NCBI GenBank assembly: GCA_032119675.1
Contig: JAUMBN010000062.1
Span: 1 to 35,907, forward strand
DNA: 35,907 bases
Source of the DNA: Solirubrobacteraceae bacterium
GTDB taxonomy: Bacteria > Actinomycetota > Thermoleophilia > Solirubrobacterales > Solirubrobacteraceae
Direction: 5' to 3'
Position 1 is the stretch's first letter, and every line of letters starts with the position of its first letter. The notes under the pieces were generated by a model. That model saw only the letters and a list, made by a program, of their open reading frames with translations. It had not been told where the DNA came from and made no database searches. Positions 8,554 through 16,882 of this stretch are shown one piece after another. The position numbers and the translations under genes are program-made.

Positions 8554-8646
8554 TCAATAGAGCTTGATCACGGCGATGACCATGCCGATCACCACGAAAA
8601 TGACGATCAGAACCTGCACCACTATCCAGAAGCGCGACATGCCCAT
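8554..8646 (-). CDS. 30-aa hydrophobic micropeptide (single TM), translationally coupled to pfk
   Basis: MGMSRFWIVVQVLIVIFVVIGMVIAVIKLY. Its ATG overlaps the pfk TGA as ATGA (8644-8648, minus strand). The stretch is AT-richer than the surrounding DNA, as expected for Ile/Val/Phe codons. The rest of track ORF 8554..8922 is junk antisense to pfk. Confidence 0.5.
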   Translation of the reverse strand: MGMSRFWIVVQVLIVIFVVIGMVIAVIKLY

Positions 8647-9680
8647 CAGCCGAAGAACACCTCCGCCGTCTCGTAGAGCTGGGGGTCGAGCAGCTTGGGT
8701 GCCGCGAGCGCCTCGGCCAGTGGGACGGTGACGATCTCCGTCCCCCTTAGCGCGACCATGATCCCGCGCTCGCCGCGGTCCCAGGCGCTGATCGCGCCGA
8801 CGCCGTAGCGGGTGGCGAGGATCCGGTCGTAGGCGGTGGGCGTGCCCCCGCGCTGGACGTGGCCAAGCACGACGGTGCGGGTCTCGAACCCGGTCTCCTG
8901 CTCGATCTCCCGCTCGAGCCACGCGCCGACTCCGCCCAGCCTCGGGTGGCCGAACTCGTCGAGATCGTCCTCCCGGGCGGTCAGGGCCCCGCCGGCGGGC
9001 AGTGCGCCCTCGCTGGCGACGATGATCGAGTAGTTGCGCCCGCGCGCATGGCGGGCCGAGATTAGGCCGCAGAGGGCCGAGAGCTCGAACGGCCGCTCCG
9101 GCACGAGGATCGCGTGGGCGCCGCCGGCCATCCCCGCCGAGCAGGCGATCCAGCCGGCGTGGCGGCCCATGACCTCGACGATGATCACGCGGTCGTGGGA
9201 CTCGGCCGTGGTGTGGAGGCGGTCGATCGCGTCGCTGCCGATCTGCACGGCGGTGTCGAAGCCGAAGGTGTAGTCGGTGCCGGCGAGGTCGTTGTCGATC
9301 GTCTTGGGGACGCCGATCACCGGCACGTCATCGGCCGCGAGCCGGCCGGCGACGCCAAGCGTGTCCTCGCCGCCGATGGCGATCAGCCCGTCGAGCCCGA
9401 GCTTCTCCATCCCCGCGGTGACCAGTGCCGTGCCGTCGCCCCCGTCCTTGTAGGGGTTGGTGCGGGAGGTGCCGAGGATCGTCCCTCCGCGGGGCAGGAG
9501 GCCCGAGACCTCCTCGATCCCGAGTTCGCCCCCTTCGCCCGCCAGGACGCCGGCCCATCCGTGGCGCAGGCCGAGGAAGGAGTGGTCACCGTCCTCGGTT
9601 CCCTTGCGGACGATTCCGCGGATTACCGCGTTCAGGCCGGGACAGTCGCCGCCGCCTGTGAGGATGCCGATCCGCGCCAC
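8646..9680 (-). CDS. pfk: 6-phosphofructokinase, with Asp104/Lys124-type (PPi-dependent-like) signature
   Basis: 344 aa. ARIGILTGGGDCPGLNAVIRG, IAIGGEDTLGVA, GVPKTIDNDL and MGRHAGWIA are present. GTG start. Confidence 0.92.
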   Translation of the reverse strand: MARIGILTGGGDCPGLNAVIRGIVRKGTEDGDHSFLGLRHGWAGVLAGEGGELGIEEVSGLLPRGGTILGTSRTNPYKDGGDGTALVTAGMEKLGLDGLIAIGGEDTLGVAGRLAADDVPVIGVPKTIDNDLAGTDYTFGFDTAVQIGSDAIDRLHTTAESHDRVIIVEVMGRHAGWIACSAGMAGGAHAILVPERPFELSALCGLISARHARGRNYSIIVASEGALPAGGALTAREDDLDEFGHPRLGGVGAWLEREIEQETGFETRTVVLGHVQRGGTPTAYDRILATRYGVGAISAWDRGERGIMVALRGTEIVTVPLAEALAAPKLLDPQLYETAEVFFG

Positions 9681-9698
9681 CGGCTCATCGTATTGGCC

Positions 9699-10856
9699 TC
9701 AGGAGCCGGCCGGTTCGGGGGCCGCTTCGCCCTCGTCGTCGCCGGGAGGGGCGACTATCTGCCGGTCGAGGTGGAAGTGCCACCACTCCTGGGCGCCGAT
9801 CTGGATCGAGGCTGCGATCGGGATGGCCAGCAGCGCGCCGACGATCCCGAACAGCACACCTCCGCAGATCACCGAGATCAGCACGACGAACGGCTCGAGC
9901 TGGACCGCCCGCTTGTGGATCTGGGGCTGGATCACGTAGTTCTCGAACTGCTGGTAGGCGATTGCGAAGACGACCCAGACGATCGTCGCGGTGGGGAAGT
10001 CGGTGAAGAGGGTGACGATGAGGACGATCAGCCCGGCGATCGTCGCGCCGACCATCGGGATCAGGTCGAAGAGGGCGACCAGCACCGCCAGCGCGCCGGC
10101 GAAGGGGACGCCGAGGATCGAGAGGACGATGAAGGCGGCCAGCCCGGCGATCGTCGCCTGGATCGCCGCTCCGGCGACATAGTGGCCGACGGCATTGGCG
10201 ATGCGGTCGAGCGCCACGCCAACCGCCTGGGCCTCCCTGCCGCCGTGCAACCGCAGGGCGCCGTTGACCCATACGCGTCCGCGGGCGGTCATGAAGATGC
10301 TCAGCACGAGGATCGTAAGGGCGGAGAAGAGCCCGCTGAAGAGCCCGCTGCCCACGTCGCGCACCACCCCGGCCGCCTCCCCGATGTGGTTTGGCGCGTC
10401 CTCGGCCAGGCGCTGGAGCTCGTTGGTGACACCGAAGTCGCGGTTGATCTGACGGAGGCGGTCGTTGCCCTCGACCGCCTCCTGCAGGTCGGTCGTGTAT
10501 CCGGGGAGGTTGTTGGCGAAGTTGACGCCCTGGTCGACCACCGGCGGGATCACCGCGGCTGCGATCCCGGCCGGGATCAGCAGGAGCAGGAGGTAGACGA
10601 TCGCGATGGCCAGGGCGCGGGGCATCTTCTTCTCGAGCAGGCTCACCGGACCCGAGAGGGCGATGGCTATGAAGGCGGCGATGATCACCCAGCCGATCGG
10701 CTGCCAGAGCAGCCGGACGAGCAGGACCGTGCCGATCACCACGAGCACGATCGCCGCGATCCGCAGGACCGCTCGCGTGGAGATGATCTCGTCGGCGCGG
10801 GGGCGCCGACCGGGAGGCTCGCCGGCCCCCGTGCCCTGGGCAGGAATGGTGGTCAC
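9699..10856 (-). CDS. AI-2E family transporter (PerM/UPF0118)
   Basis: 385 aa with about 8 TM segments. The C-terminal region LFDLIPMVGATIAGLIVLIV...IVGALLAIPIAASIQIG is typical of the family. Confidence 0.8.
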   Translation of the reverse strand: MTTIPAQGTGAGEPPGRRPRADEIISTRAVLRIAAIVLVVIGTVLLVRLLWQPIGWVIIAAFIAIALSGPVSLLEKKMPRALAIAIVYLLLLLIPAGIAAAVIPPVVDQGVNFANNLPGYTTDLQEAVEGNDRLRQINRDFGVTNELQRLAEDAPNHIGEAAGVVRDVGSGLFSGLFSALTILVLSIFMTARGRVWVNGALRLHGGREAQAVGVALDRIANAVGHYVAGAAIQATIAGLAAFIVLSILGVPFAGALAVLVALFDLIPMVGATIAGLIVLIVTLFTDFPTATIVWVVFAIAYQQFENYVIQPQIHKRAVQLEPFVVLISVICGGVLFGIVGALLAIPIAASIQIGAQEWWHFHLDRQIVAPPGDDEGEAAPEPAGS

Positions 10857-10911
10857 CGTCTGCGCGCCTTCGACGCAGCGGGTGGGCTCCCTCTTTGCTG
10901 GGCGGCTTCGT

Positions 10912-11685
10912 TCAGCCGCGCCGCGGGGGCAGCGGGAAGAAGCCGCTGGTACGGGCGACGTACTCGTCGTAGCCCTCGCGCTTCCTGCTCAGCGACTTCT
11001 CGAGCAGCCCCGCCCCGCTCACCTTGATCAGCAGCAGCGACATCACCAGCGGGCCGACGACGGTCCACCAGGCGCCGGCGGCCAGAGCCACCAGCCAGAT
11101 TCCCCACCAGACGCTGAAGTCGCCGAAGTAGTTCGGGTGGCGGGTGTAGCGCCACAGGCCCTGGTCCATCACCTTGCCGCGGTTTGCCGGGTCGGCGATG
11201 AAGCGGCTGAGCTGCAGGTCGCCGACCGTTTCGAAGAAGAGGCCGACCGCCCAGACGGCCACGCCGACCCACGCCAGCCAGCCGGGGGAACCCTCGCCGA
11301 GCTGGGCGCCTCCCTGGACAGGCAGCGAGACGACCCACATCAGTGCCCCCTGTACCCAAAAGACCGACCAGAGGCTCCGCAGCGGCCACCTGGAGCCGTG
11401 GCGCTCCCGCATCTTCGCGTAGCGGAAGTCCTCGCCGTGGCCGAGGTTGCGATTGGCCAGGTGGACGGTCAGGCGCAGGCCCCAGAGGGTCGTGAGGATG
11501 GCGAGCAGCAGCCGGTAGGAGCCCGAGCCGTCGGCCACCAGGAAGCTGACCCAGGCGACGACCACGAAGCCCGAGCCCCAGAAGATGTCGACTATCGAGG
11601 TGTCCTTCACCGCGACGCTGACCGCCCAGAGCGCGGTGACCATCACGAAGATCGCCGCTGCGTTTATCGCCAGGACGGTGGCCAT
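10912..11685 (-). CDS. DUF1295 / steroid 5-alpha-reductase-like membrane protein
   Basis: 257 aa. DIFWGSGFVVVAW...LWGLRLTVHL...EDFRY...GLWRYTRHPNYFGDFSVWWGIWL is the hallmark RHPNYFG block. Confidence 0.8.
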   Translation of the reverse strand: MATVLAINAAAIFVMVTALWAVSVAVKDTSIVDIFWGSGFVVVAWVSFLVADGSGSYRLLLAILTTLWGLRLTVHLANRNLGHGEDFRYAKMRERHGSRWPLRSLWSVFWVQGALMWVVSLPVQGGAQLGEGSPGWLAWVGVAVWAVGLFFETVGDLQLSRFIADPANRGKVMDQGLWRYTRHPNYFGDFSVWWGIWLVALAAGAWWTVVGPLVMSLLLIKVSGAGLLEKSLSRKREGYDEYVARTSGFFPLPPRRG

Positions 11686-11687
11686 GC

Positions 11688-12725
11688 TCAGGCGCTCGCC
11701 GCCTCGCCATCCATCTTCGATCCGATCCAGTCGTCCATATCGAGCCAGACGTTATCCAGCCACTCGACGCGCCCGTCGCGGCCGGCCGGGATCCCGGAAG
11801 CCGGGATTCGCGTGAACCTCACGCGAATCACCCGCCCGGCGAGCTCGCCGTCCCAGATGTCGGAGATGAGCCGCATCCCGTCGAAGCCCTGGTGGGCCAT
11901 CAGCACCACGTCGGTCTCAGGGGCCCCGTCGAGCACCGCGAGGACGCCGCCTGCCTTCGGCGGGAGCAGGTACTCGATCCCGGAGAGGCGCTGGGCCCGC
12001 GCGGGGTCGCGTTCGGCGATCTTCTCCAGTGCCCGGTCACGCCGCTCGGGCGTGAAGCGGGTCCCCTCCGGGTAGAGGAGGAAGCCGTCCTCGGGGCCCA
12101 TCCCTTCGGCGAGCGCCTGGACGCGCTCGCGCTCCACCTCCTCACCGGTATCGCGGCGAACAAAGTAGTTGGGGAGCCGCTGCCCAGCTATGTCCAGGCA
12201 CGGTTCGGAGAGCAGCTCGCGCTTGAGCACGTAACGCAGGTGAATCCGCTCCCGTGCCGCGATGAAGACTGAGGGGAGCAGGTTGTCGACGATCGAGGCG
12301 TGGCGGATGAAGACGATCACCGGCCCGGGCCGAAGGCACTCTTCGCCCTCGACCTCGACCTTCAGGCCGAGCAGGACGCGGACGACGTCGAAGAACCACC
12401 CGATCCACAGCTGCTGGAAGTGCCAGGTCAGCTCGACCATACGCTCCCTGCTGTGGCCGAAGCCGCAGGCCAGCCAGATCCCGAATAGGCCGAGGATCCC
12501 GGCGGTGTCGATAACGAGGTAGACCCACAGGAAGAGGACCAGCCGCATCGCCATCCACGTCTTGCGGTGGACCGCCCATCGGAAGAGGTCGACGAAGAAG
12601 CCCCCGACGAGCAGCACCGGCAGCAGTGCGGTCACGAGGACCAGCCCCACCAGGGCCAGCGGGACCGTCTTAAGTCGCCGCGCGACCTTCTGGCCGCGCG
12701 GCTCTCTCCAGACGGTCTCGCTCAT
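11688..12725 (-). CDS. lysophospholipid (1-acyl-glycerol-3-phosphate type) acyltransferase family membrane protein
   Basis: 345 aa with N-terminal TM helices. The HxxxxD box is IRHASIVDNL and the second box is LLYPEGTRF. The stop lies 2 nt before the DUF1295 ATG. Confidence 0.75.
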   Translation of the reverse strand: MSETVWREPRGQKVARRLKTVPLALVGLVLVTALLPVLLVGGFFVDLFRWAVHRKTWMAMRLVLFLWVYLVIDTAGILGLFGIWLACGFGHSRERMVELTWHFQQLWIGWFFDVVRVLLGLKVEVEGEECLRPGPVIVFIRHASIVDNLLPSVFIAARERIHLRYVLKRELLSEPCLDIAGQRLPNYFVRRDTGEEVERERVQALAEGMGPEDGFLLYPEGTRFTPERRDRALEKIAERDPARAQRLSGIEYLLPPKAGGVLAVLDGAPETDVVLMAHQGFDGMRLISDIWDGELAGRVIRVRFTRIPASGIPAGRDGRVEWLDNVWLDMDDWIGSKMDGEAASA

Positions 12726-12750
12726 CCGCCCAGCCTATGTTGCGCGGCGA

Positions 12751-15267
12751 TCAGTCGCTGAAGTCCATCACCTGATGGATACCGCTCGGGCGGTTGGTGT
12801 AATCCATCGTGATGAGGCCGATCGGCGAGAAAGTGATGTCCTCGCCGGACTCGGGGACGCGCCAGGCGGCCGGGTCGCTGCCCTTGGATGCCGCCTCGGC
12901 GTTCAGGCCCTCCTCGAAGGCCTTCCACAGGTCGCCGGCGCACTTGTTGACGTCGCCCTCGCCGCAGTACTTGACCTTGTAGGCGCCGGAGACGTTCTCC
13001 CCGAGGGCCTTGCGCAGGTCCTTCCACATGTACTGGTGCCAGCCGCCGTACTGCCCGCCGGGCGGCGCGTCGAAGCGGTCGTCGCCGCCGCTGCGCTTGC
13101 CCAGGTCGTTGCAGAGCTTGCTGCCCAGGCGACCGCACATCGCCGCGTTGGCCATACGGGCAAACGTCGCGTCGATGATCGCGGCTCCCGGCGAGTCGAT
13201 CACGCCGTCCTGGTTTGAGTCCACCCGGCTCGAGCCCTGCGCGTACCACTCGTCGAGCTGCAGGGCGGCCTGGGTCGAGAGGGCGCTCGGGGCCTGGACC
13301 TTGTCGAGCACCTTCTTGAGCGTCGGCCAGAGCAGCGCCACGCGCACGTCCTGGGTGGCGCCTGCGTTGGAGGCAGACAGCAGGCTGGTGAGCGTCTGGG
13401 TCGACTGGCGCGCCAGCTCGTTCTCGAGCAGCTGCGTGCGCTGGAGCGACTGCTCGGACCAGCGCTCGTCACCGGCCGGGAAGTTCTTCGCCGGCTTGTT
13501 GTTCCAGTTGACGATGTAGCCGCTCGACGGGTTGATCACGTGCGGCTGCTTGGACTTGGCCTGGTAGCCGGTCCACTCGTACTTGCCGCGGCCGTCGACC
13601 GGGAGGTCGGGGTTGACGCCCTTCGGCCTCATCGGGAAGCGCCCGGAGGTGTAGAAGGCGATCTCCTTGTCGCTGGCGTAGAACGAGTTGAACGTCTGCG
13701 GCGTCTTCTGGGCCGCCTTGACGAAGTCGCTTGCGCTCTTCACCCGGCCGTAGGTCATCTGCTGGTTGAAGAGCAGGTCGGTGGTCTCCCGGCCGTAGCT
13801 CGAGCGACGCTGCGAGAGGGCGACGGTCTTGCTGCCGCTCTTGGCGTAGCCGACGACCGGGCCGTGGACCGTCTTGTAGAAGCGGACCTTGACCGTCTGG
13901 CCGCCCTTGCTGATCGTGCCGGCGTCAACCTTGGTCATCGACTTGCACTTGCCCTTGTAGGAGTACTTGTACTTGCTGCCCCCACAAAGGGTCTCGGCGT
14001 AGGTGTCGATGATGTCGTTGCCGGCCGAGGTGAGCGACCACGCGTAACTCGGGGCGCGACCGATCAGCATGTAGCCCGGGTACGGGGCCGAGGTGGCGCC
14101 CCGGACCTTGATGTTCGGACCCTGGAGGTCCATCTCCATGGTCAGGCCGGGGTAGTTGTAGCCGATCTGAGGGCCACCGACCATCAGCGGCTTGCCGGTG
14201 TTGGTCTTCGAGCCGCCGGCGATCACGATGTTGCTCGCCTCCTGGCGGGCGGTTCCGGGAGCGCGGAGCGCGGTCGAGGAGGCGCTGGCGCCCGGCAGCC
14301 TGATGTAGCTGTTCCTGAACGAGCCGTTCTTGATCCGGACCATGCCCTTCGGGTCGGAGACGCTGACGCTGGTCTGGTAGTCGAACTTGGCGTCGGTCGT
14401 GGTGGCGGTCTCCGGGTCGTAGCGGCCGCGCATGTCCTGGTAGACGTTGTTGCCTGTGCTCTTGCCGAGCTCGCCGCGCGCCGCGTCGAGGAAGACGGCG
14501 TTCGAGATCTCCTCGCCGCCGCCCTGCCCGAGGAACTGGGCCTTGATGCCGTTGAAGGCGAAGATGTCGATCCGCTCGAACTTCTTGACATCCGGCTGGT
14601 TCTCGCCGTACCACTTGTTGATACCGGCGAGGTAGACGTCGATGTCGTCGAGGATCTGGCGCCCCTGCGAGCCGGCGTCCTTGAGGGCCTTCTCCTGCAG
14701 CTTCGCGGCGTCGCTCTTGACCTTCGAGGTCGGCTGGTAGTCGAAGAGGCCGAGAACGAGGTTGATGCCCGAGACTCCGGGCATGTCGATCAGCGACGCG
14801 ACACCGTTGCTGCGCGCCTGGGCGAGCAGGAGGCTGCGGTCCTGGGCGGTCACGTAGCCGGCCCCGAAGACGACGCCGGCGTCGGTCTCGGAGTAGATGT
14901 GGGGTACGCCGTAGTTGTCGCGGCGGATGCGGACCGAGACGGCGCGGCCCTTGGCCGTGCCGGTGATGGTCTCGTCGGTGATCAGGGAGGGATCGTCGGC
15001 GGGGATCAGGGCGGCGGACTTGAAGTAGCCGGCGCCGTTGGTGCTGGCGGTCAGAGCCGGGCCGACGTCGCGGAAGAGCGGAGTAAGGCGGTTGTACATC
15101 TTCGCCTGGGTGTCGGCAGGGAGCATTCCGGGCGCGCTCAGCCAGGAGACGCCGGGCTGGCTTTGGCCCTGCGGGATGACGTTGAGCTGGGTGCCGGCCA
15201 TCGCGGAAGGCGCGGCAACGGCGAAGATCGCGGCGCTGAGGCCGAGGACGTAACGGTGACGGAACAC
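12751..15267 (-). CDS. secreted penicillin acylase / acyl-homoserine-lactone acylase family Ntn hydrolase (S45)
   Basis: Track ORF 12751..15330 trimmed to GTG 15267, preceded by GGGAGAGAG. Signal peptide FRHRYVLGLSAAIFAVAAPSAMAGT. The beta-subunit nucleophile context ASNIVIAGGSKTNTGKPLMVGGPQIGYNYP matches the SN...GPQ.G motif of penicillin G acylase. Confidence 0.85.
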   Translation of the reverse strand: MFRHRYVLGLSAAIFAVAAPSAMAGTQLNVIPQGQSQPGVSWLSAPGMLPADTQAKMYNRLTPLFRDVGPALTASTNGAGYFKSAALIPADDPSLITDETITGTAKGRAVSVRIRRDNYGVPHIYSETDAGVVFGAGYVTAQDRSLLLAQARSNGVASLIDMPGVSGINLVLGLFDYQPTSKVKSDAAKLQEKALKDAGSQGRQILDDIDVYLAGINKWYGENQPDVKKFERIDIFAFNGIKAQFLGQGGGEEISNAVFLDAARGELGKSTGNNVYQDMRGRYDPETATTTDAKFDYQTSVSVSDPKGMVRIKNGSFRNSYIRLPGASASSTALRAPGTARQEASNIVIAGGSKTNTGKPLMVGGPQIGYNYPGLTMEMDLQGPNIKVRGATSAPYPGYMLIGRAPSYAWSLTSAGNDIIDTYAETLCGGSKYKYSYKGKCKSMTKVDAGTISKGGQTVKVRFYKTVHGPVVGYAKSGSKTVALSQRRSSYGRETTDLLFNQQMTYGRVKSASDFVKAAQKTPQTFNSFYASDKEIAFYTSGRFPMRPKGVNPDLPVDGRGKYEWTGYQAKSKQPHVINPSSGYIVNWNNKPAKNFPAGDERWSEQSLQRTQLLENELARQSTQTLTSLLSASNAGATQDVRVALLWPTLKKVLDKVQAPSALSTQAALQLDEWYAQGSSRVDSNQDGVIDSPGAAIIDATFARMANAAMCGRLGSKLCNDLGKRSGGDDRFDAPPGGQYGGWHQYMWKDLRKALGENVSGAYKVKYCGEGDVNKCAGDLWKAFEEGLNAEAASKGSDPAAWRVPESGEDITFSPIGLITMDYTNRPSGIHQVMDFSD

Positions 15268-15389
15268 TCTCTCTCCCTTGGTTCGGCCCGCGGATCCGTC
15301 CACGGACTGCGGAGAGCTTACACCGCGCACGTGGTTCGCGCTCCGGGTGCCGCCTCTCCCGTCGGACGCGCTCGCGGCCCGCTCTCCCG

Positions 15390-15395
15390 TACGCT
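15390..15395 (+). promoter_or_regulatory. candidate -10 hexamer TACGCT, 6 nt before GTG 15402 (leaderless arrangement)
   Basis: TANNNT-N6-start read directly from the sequence. Confidence 0.4.
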
Positions 15396-15401
15396 GCGCC
15401 G

Positions 15402-16856
15402 GTGGCCAACCGCGTGCGCATTGCGATCGGCAGCGACCGGCGGGACCTCTTCCTGCTGGACGGCGTCACCGGAGGGTTTGCCGAGGCCCGCGGCCTTGAG
15501 GCCGGAGACCGCGAACGGCTGGTCGACGTGGTGCGGCGCATGGCCTCGTGGGTCAACGACAGCGCCTACCCGAACGACCAGACCGGCGAGATTGCCGTGC
15601 AGCTCGAGCTGGCCGAGGGGGCGGTGCGCGTGCTGGTCGAGGACTGGGGCGAGCCGCTTGCCGCCTTCGGCGGTGGCCTGGGTCCGGTGCCGGACGCCCT
15701 GGCGGAGGTCGACGCGCTGACCGGTGACCTGCGGCTGGTGAATCTCGGCCGCGACGGCAAGCGCCTGAGCGCCTCGGTCCCCGCCGAGGGCGTGGCACCG
15801 GAGGAGCTGGTGGCGCTGGCCGACTTTGCGCGTCAGGGGACCGAAGGCGAGGTGACCGCCGACCAGGTGGAGATCGCCGACGCCACGGCGCAGGACGCCG
15901 AGGCGATCTCGAAGCTTCTCTACGTCAATTACGGGCTCGGTTATGGCCACCCCGATTTTTACCGCCCGCTCTGGGTGGCCGACCAGATTGAGTCCGGCCG
16001 GGTCTTCTCGACGGTCGCCAGGCTCGGTGGCGAGGTGGTCGGCCATCATGCGATGCTCCGCGAGGAGGGGATCGAGGCGGGGGAGACCGGCGTGGCGGTG
16101 GTCCACCCCGCATACCGCGGCCTGGGGATCTTCGGCCGCCTCTTCTCCAGGACGGTCGAGCGGGCCCGCGACGCCGGGGTGCCGGCGATCTTCGGCCGCG
16201 CGGTCACCAGCCACCCTTACAGCCAGCGTGCCGAGCACGCGCGTGGCTACCGCGAGAGCGCCCTGATGCTCGGGTCGGTGCCTCCGGGCAAGCCCGACGG
16301 CGACGGCCTGGCACGCCGCGGGGCGTCGCTGCTCACCTACCTGCCGCTCGACATGGGCGAGCGGCCTGTGGCCTTCCCCGGGCGCTATCGGGAGCTGCTT
16401 GGCGCCGCCTACGCCAACCTCGAGCTCCCGGTCGGCAGCTCCGATTCGGTCGCCGCGCTAGCTGACCTCGGCGATGCTCCGGGGGTTGCCTTCGAGCGCG
16501 ACGAGCAGCGGGAGAGCGCGGTGATTACCGTCGGGCGCTGGGGCGAGGAGGCACGCGGGGGACTCCTCGACGGCCTGCGCGAGGCGGTCCGCCACCACGA
16601 TGACGTGGCCTACTGCGACGTCGACCTTGAAACCCTCACTACAGGGGAGCTGGACGAGGCTGTCGAGACGCTGCGCGGCTTCGACTTCTTCTACTCCGGG
16701 CTGGTGCTCGATGGGCGGGCCGGCCATGACCACCTGCGTATGCAGGCGATCCTCTCCGACAACGTCGAGCTCCAGAAGATCGTCCTCGACTCGGAATACG
16801 CCCAGGGGCTCAAGGAGGCGATCTTCGCCGACCGCGGCTGGCTGGCCGGCGCCTGA
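15402..16856 (+). CDS. RsbW-like HATPase (anti-sigma/Ser kinase-like) domain fused to a GNAT N-acetyltransferase domain
   Basis: 484 aa. The N-terminal ~140 aa (LVDVVRRMASWVNDSAYPNDQTGEIAVQLELAEGAVRVLVEDWGEP) resembles RsbW/SpoIIAB-type ATPase. The middle has the GNAT acetyl-CoA loop VVHPAYRGLGIFGRLF. The ~180-aa C-terminal region is unassigned. Confidence 0.7.
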   Translation: MANRVRIAIGSDRRDLFLLDGVTGGFAEARGLEAGDRERLVDVVRRMASWVNDSAYPNDQTGEIAVQLELAEGAVRVLVEDWGEPLAAFGGGLGPVPDALAEVDALTGDLRLVNLGRDGKRLSASVPAEGVAPEELVALADFARQGTEGEVTADQVEIADATAQDAEAISKLLYVNYGLGYGHPDFYRPLWVADQIESGRVFSTVARLGGEVVGHHAMLREEGIEAGETGVAVVHPAYRGLGIFGRLFSRTVERARDAGVPAIFGRAVTSHPYSQRAEHARGYRESALMLGSVPPGKPDGDGLARRGASLLTYLPLDMGERPVAFPGRYRELLGAAYANLELPVGSSDSVAALADLGDAPGVAFERDEQRESAVITVGRWGEEARGGLLDGLREAVRHHDDVAYCDVDLETLTTGELDEAVETLRGFDFFYSGLVLDGRAGHDHLRMQAILSDNVELQKIVLDSEYAQGLKEAIFADRGWLAGA

Positions 16857-16869
16857 GGTCTGGCGCGCC

Positions 16870-16875
16870 TAGGAT
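16870..16875 (+). promoter_or_regulatory. candidate -10 hexamer TAGGAT, 7 nt before ATG 16883 (leaderless arrangement)
   Basis: TANNNT-N7-start read directly from the sequence. Confidence 0.4.
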
Positions 16876-16882
16876 CGTCCCA

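Noticed and set aside
13540-15720. 726-aa plus-strand ORF, along with similar very long ORFs at 9114..11027 (+), 28618..30420 (-), 4332..5822 (+), 10606..12075 (+), 3713..4858 (+) and 22045..23289 (-)
   Set aside because: Each lies antisense to, or frame-shifted within, a gene with clear family motifs. Their translations are Arg/Gly/Asp/Pro-rich low-complexity strings with no motifs. Long stop-free antisense frames are expected at ~70% G+C.
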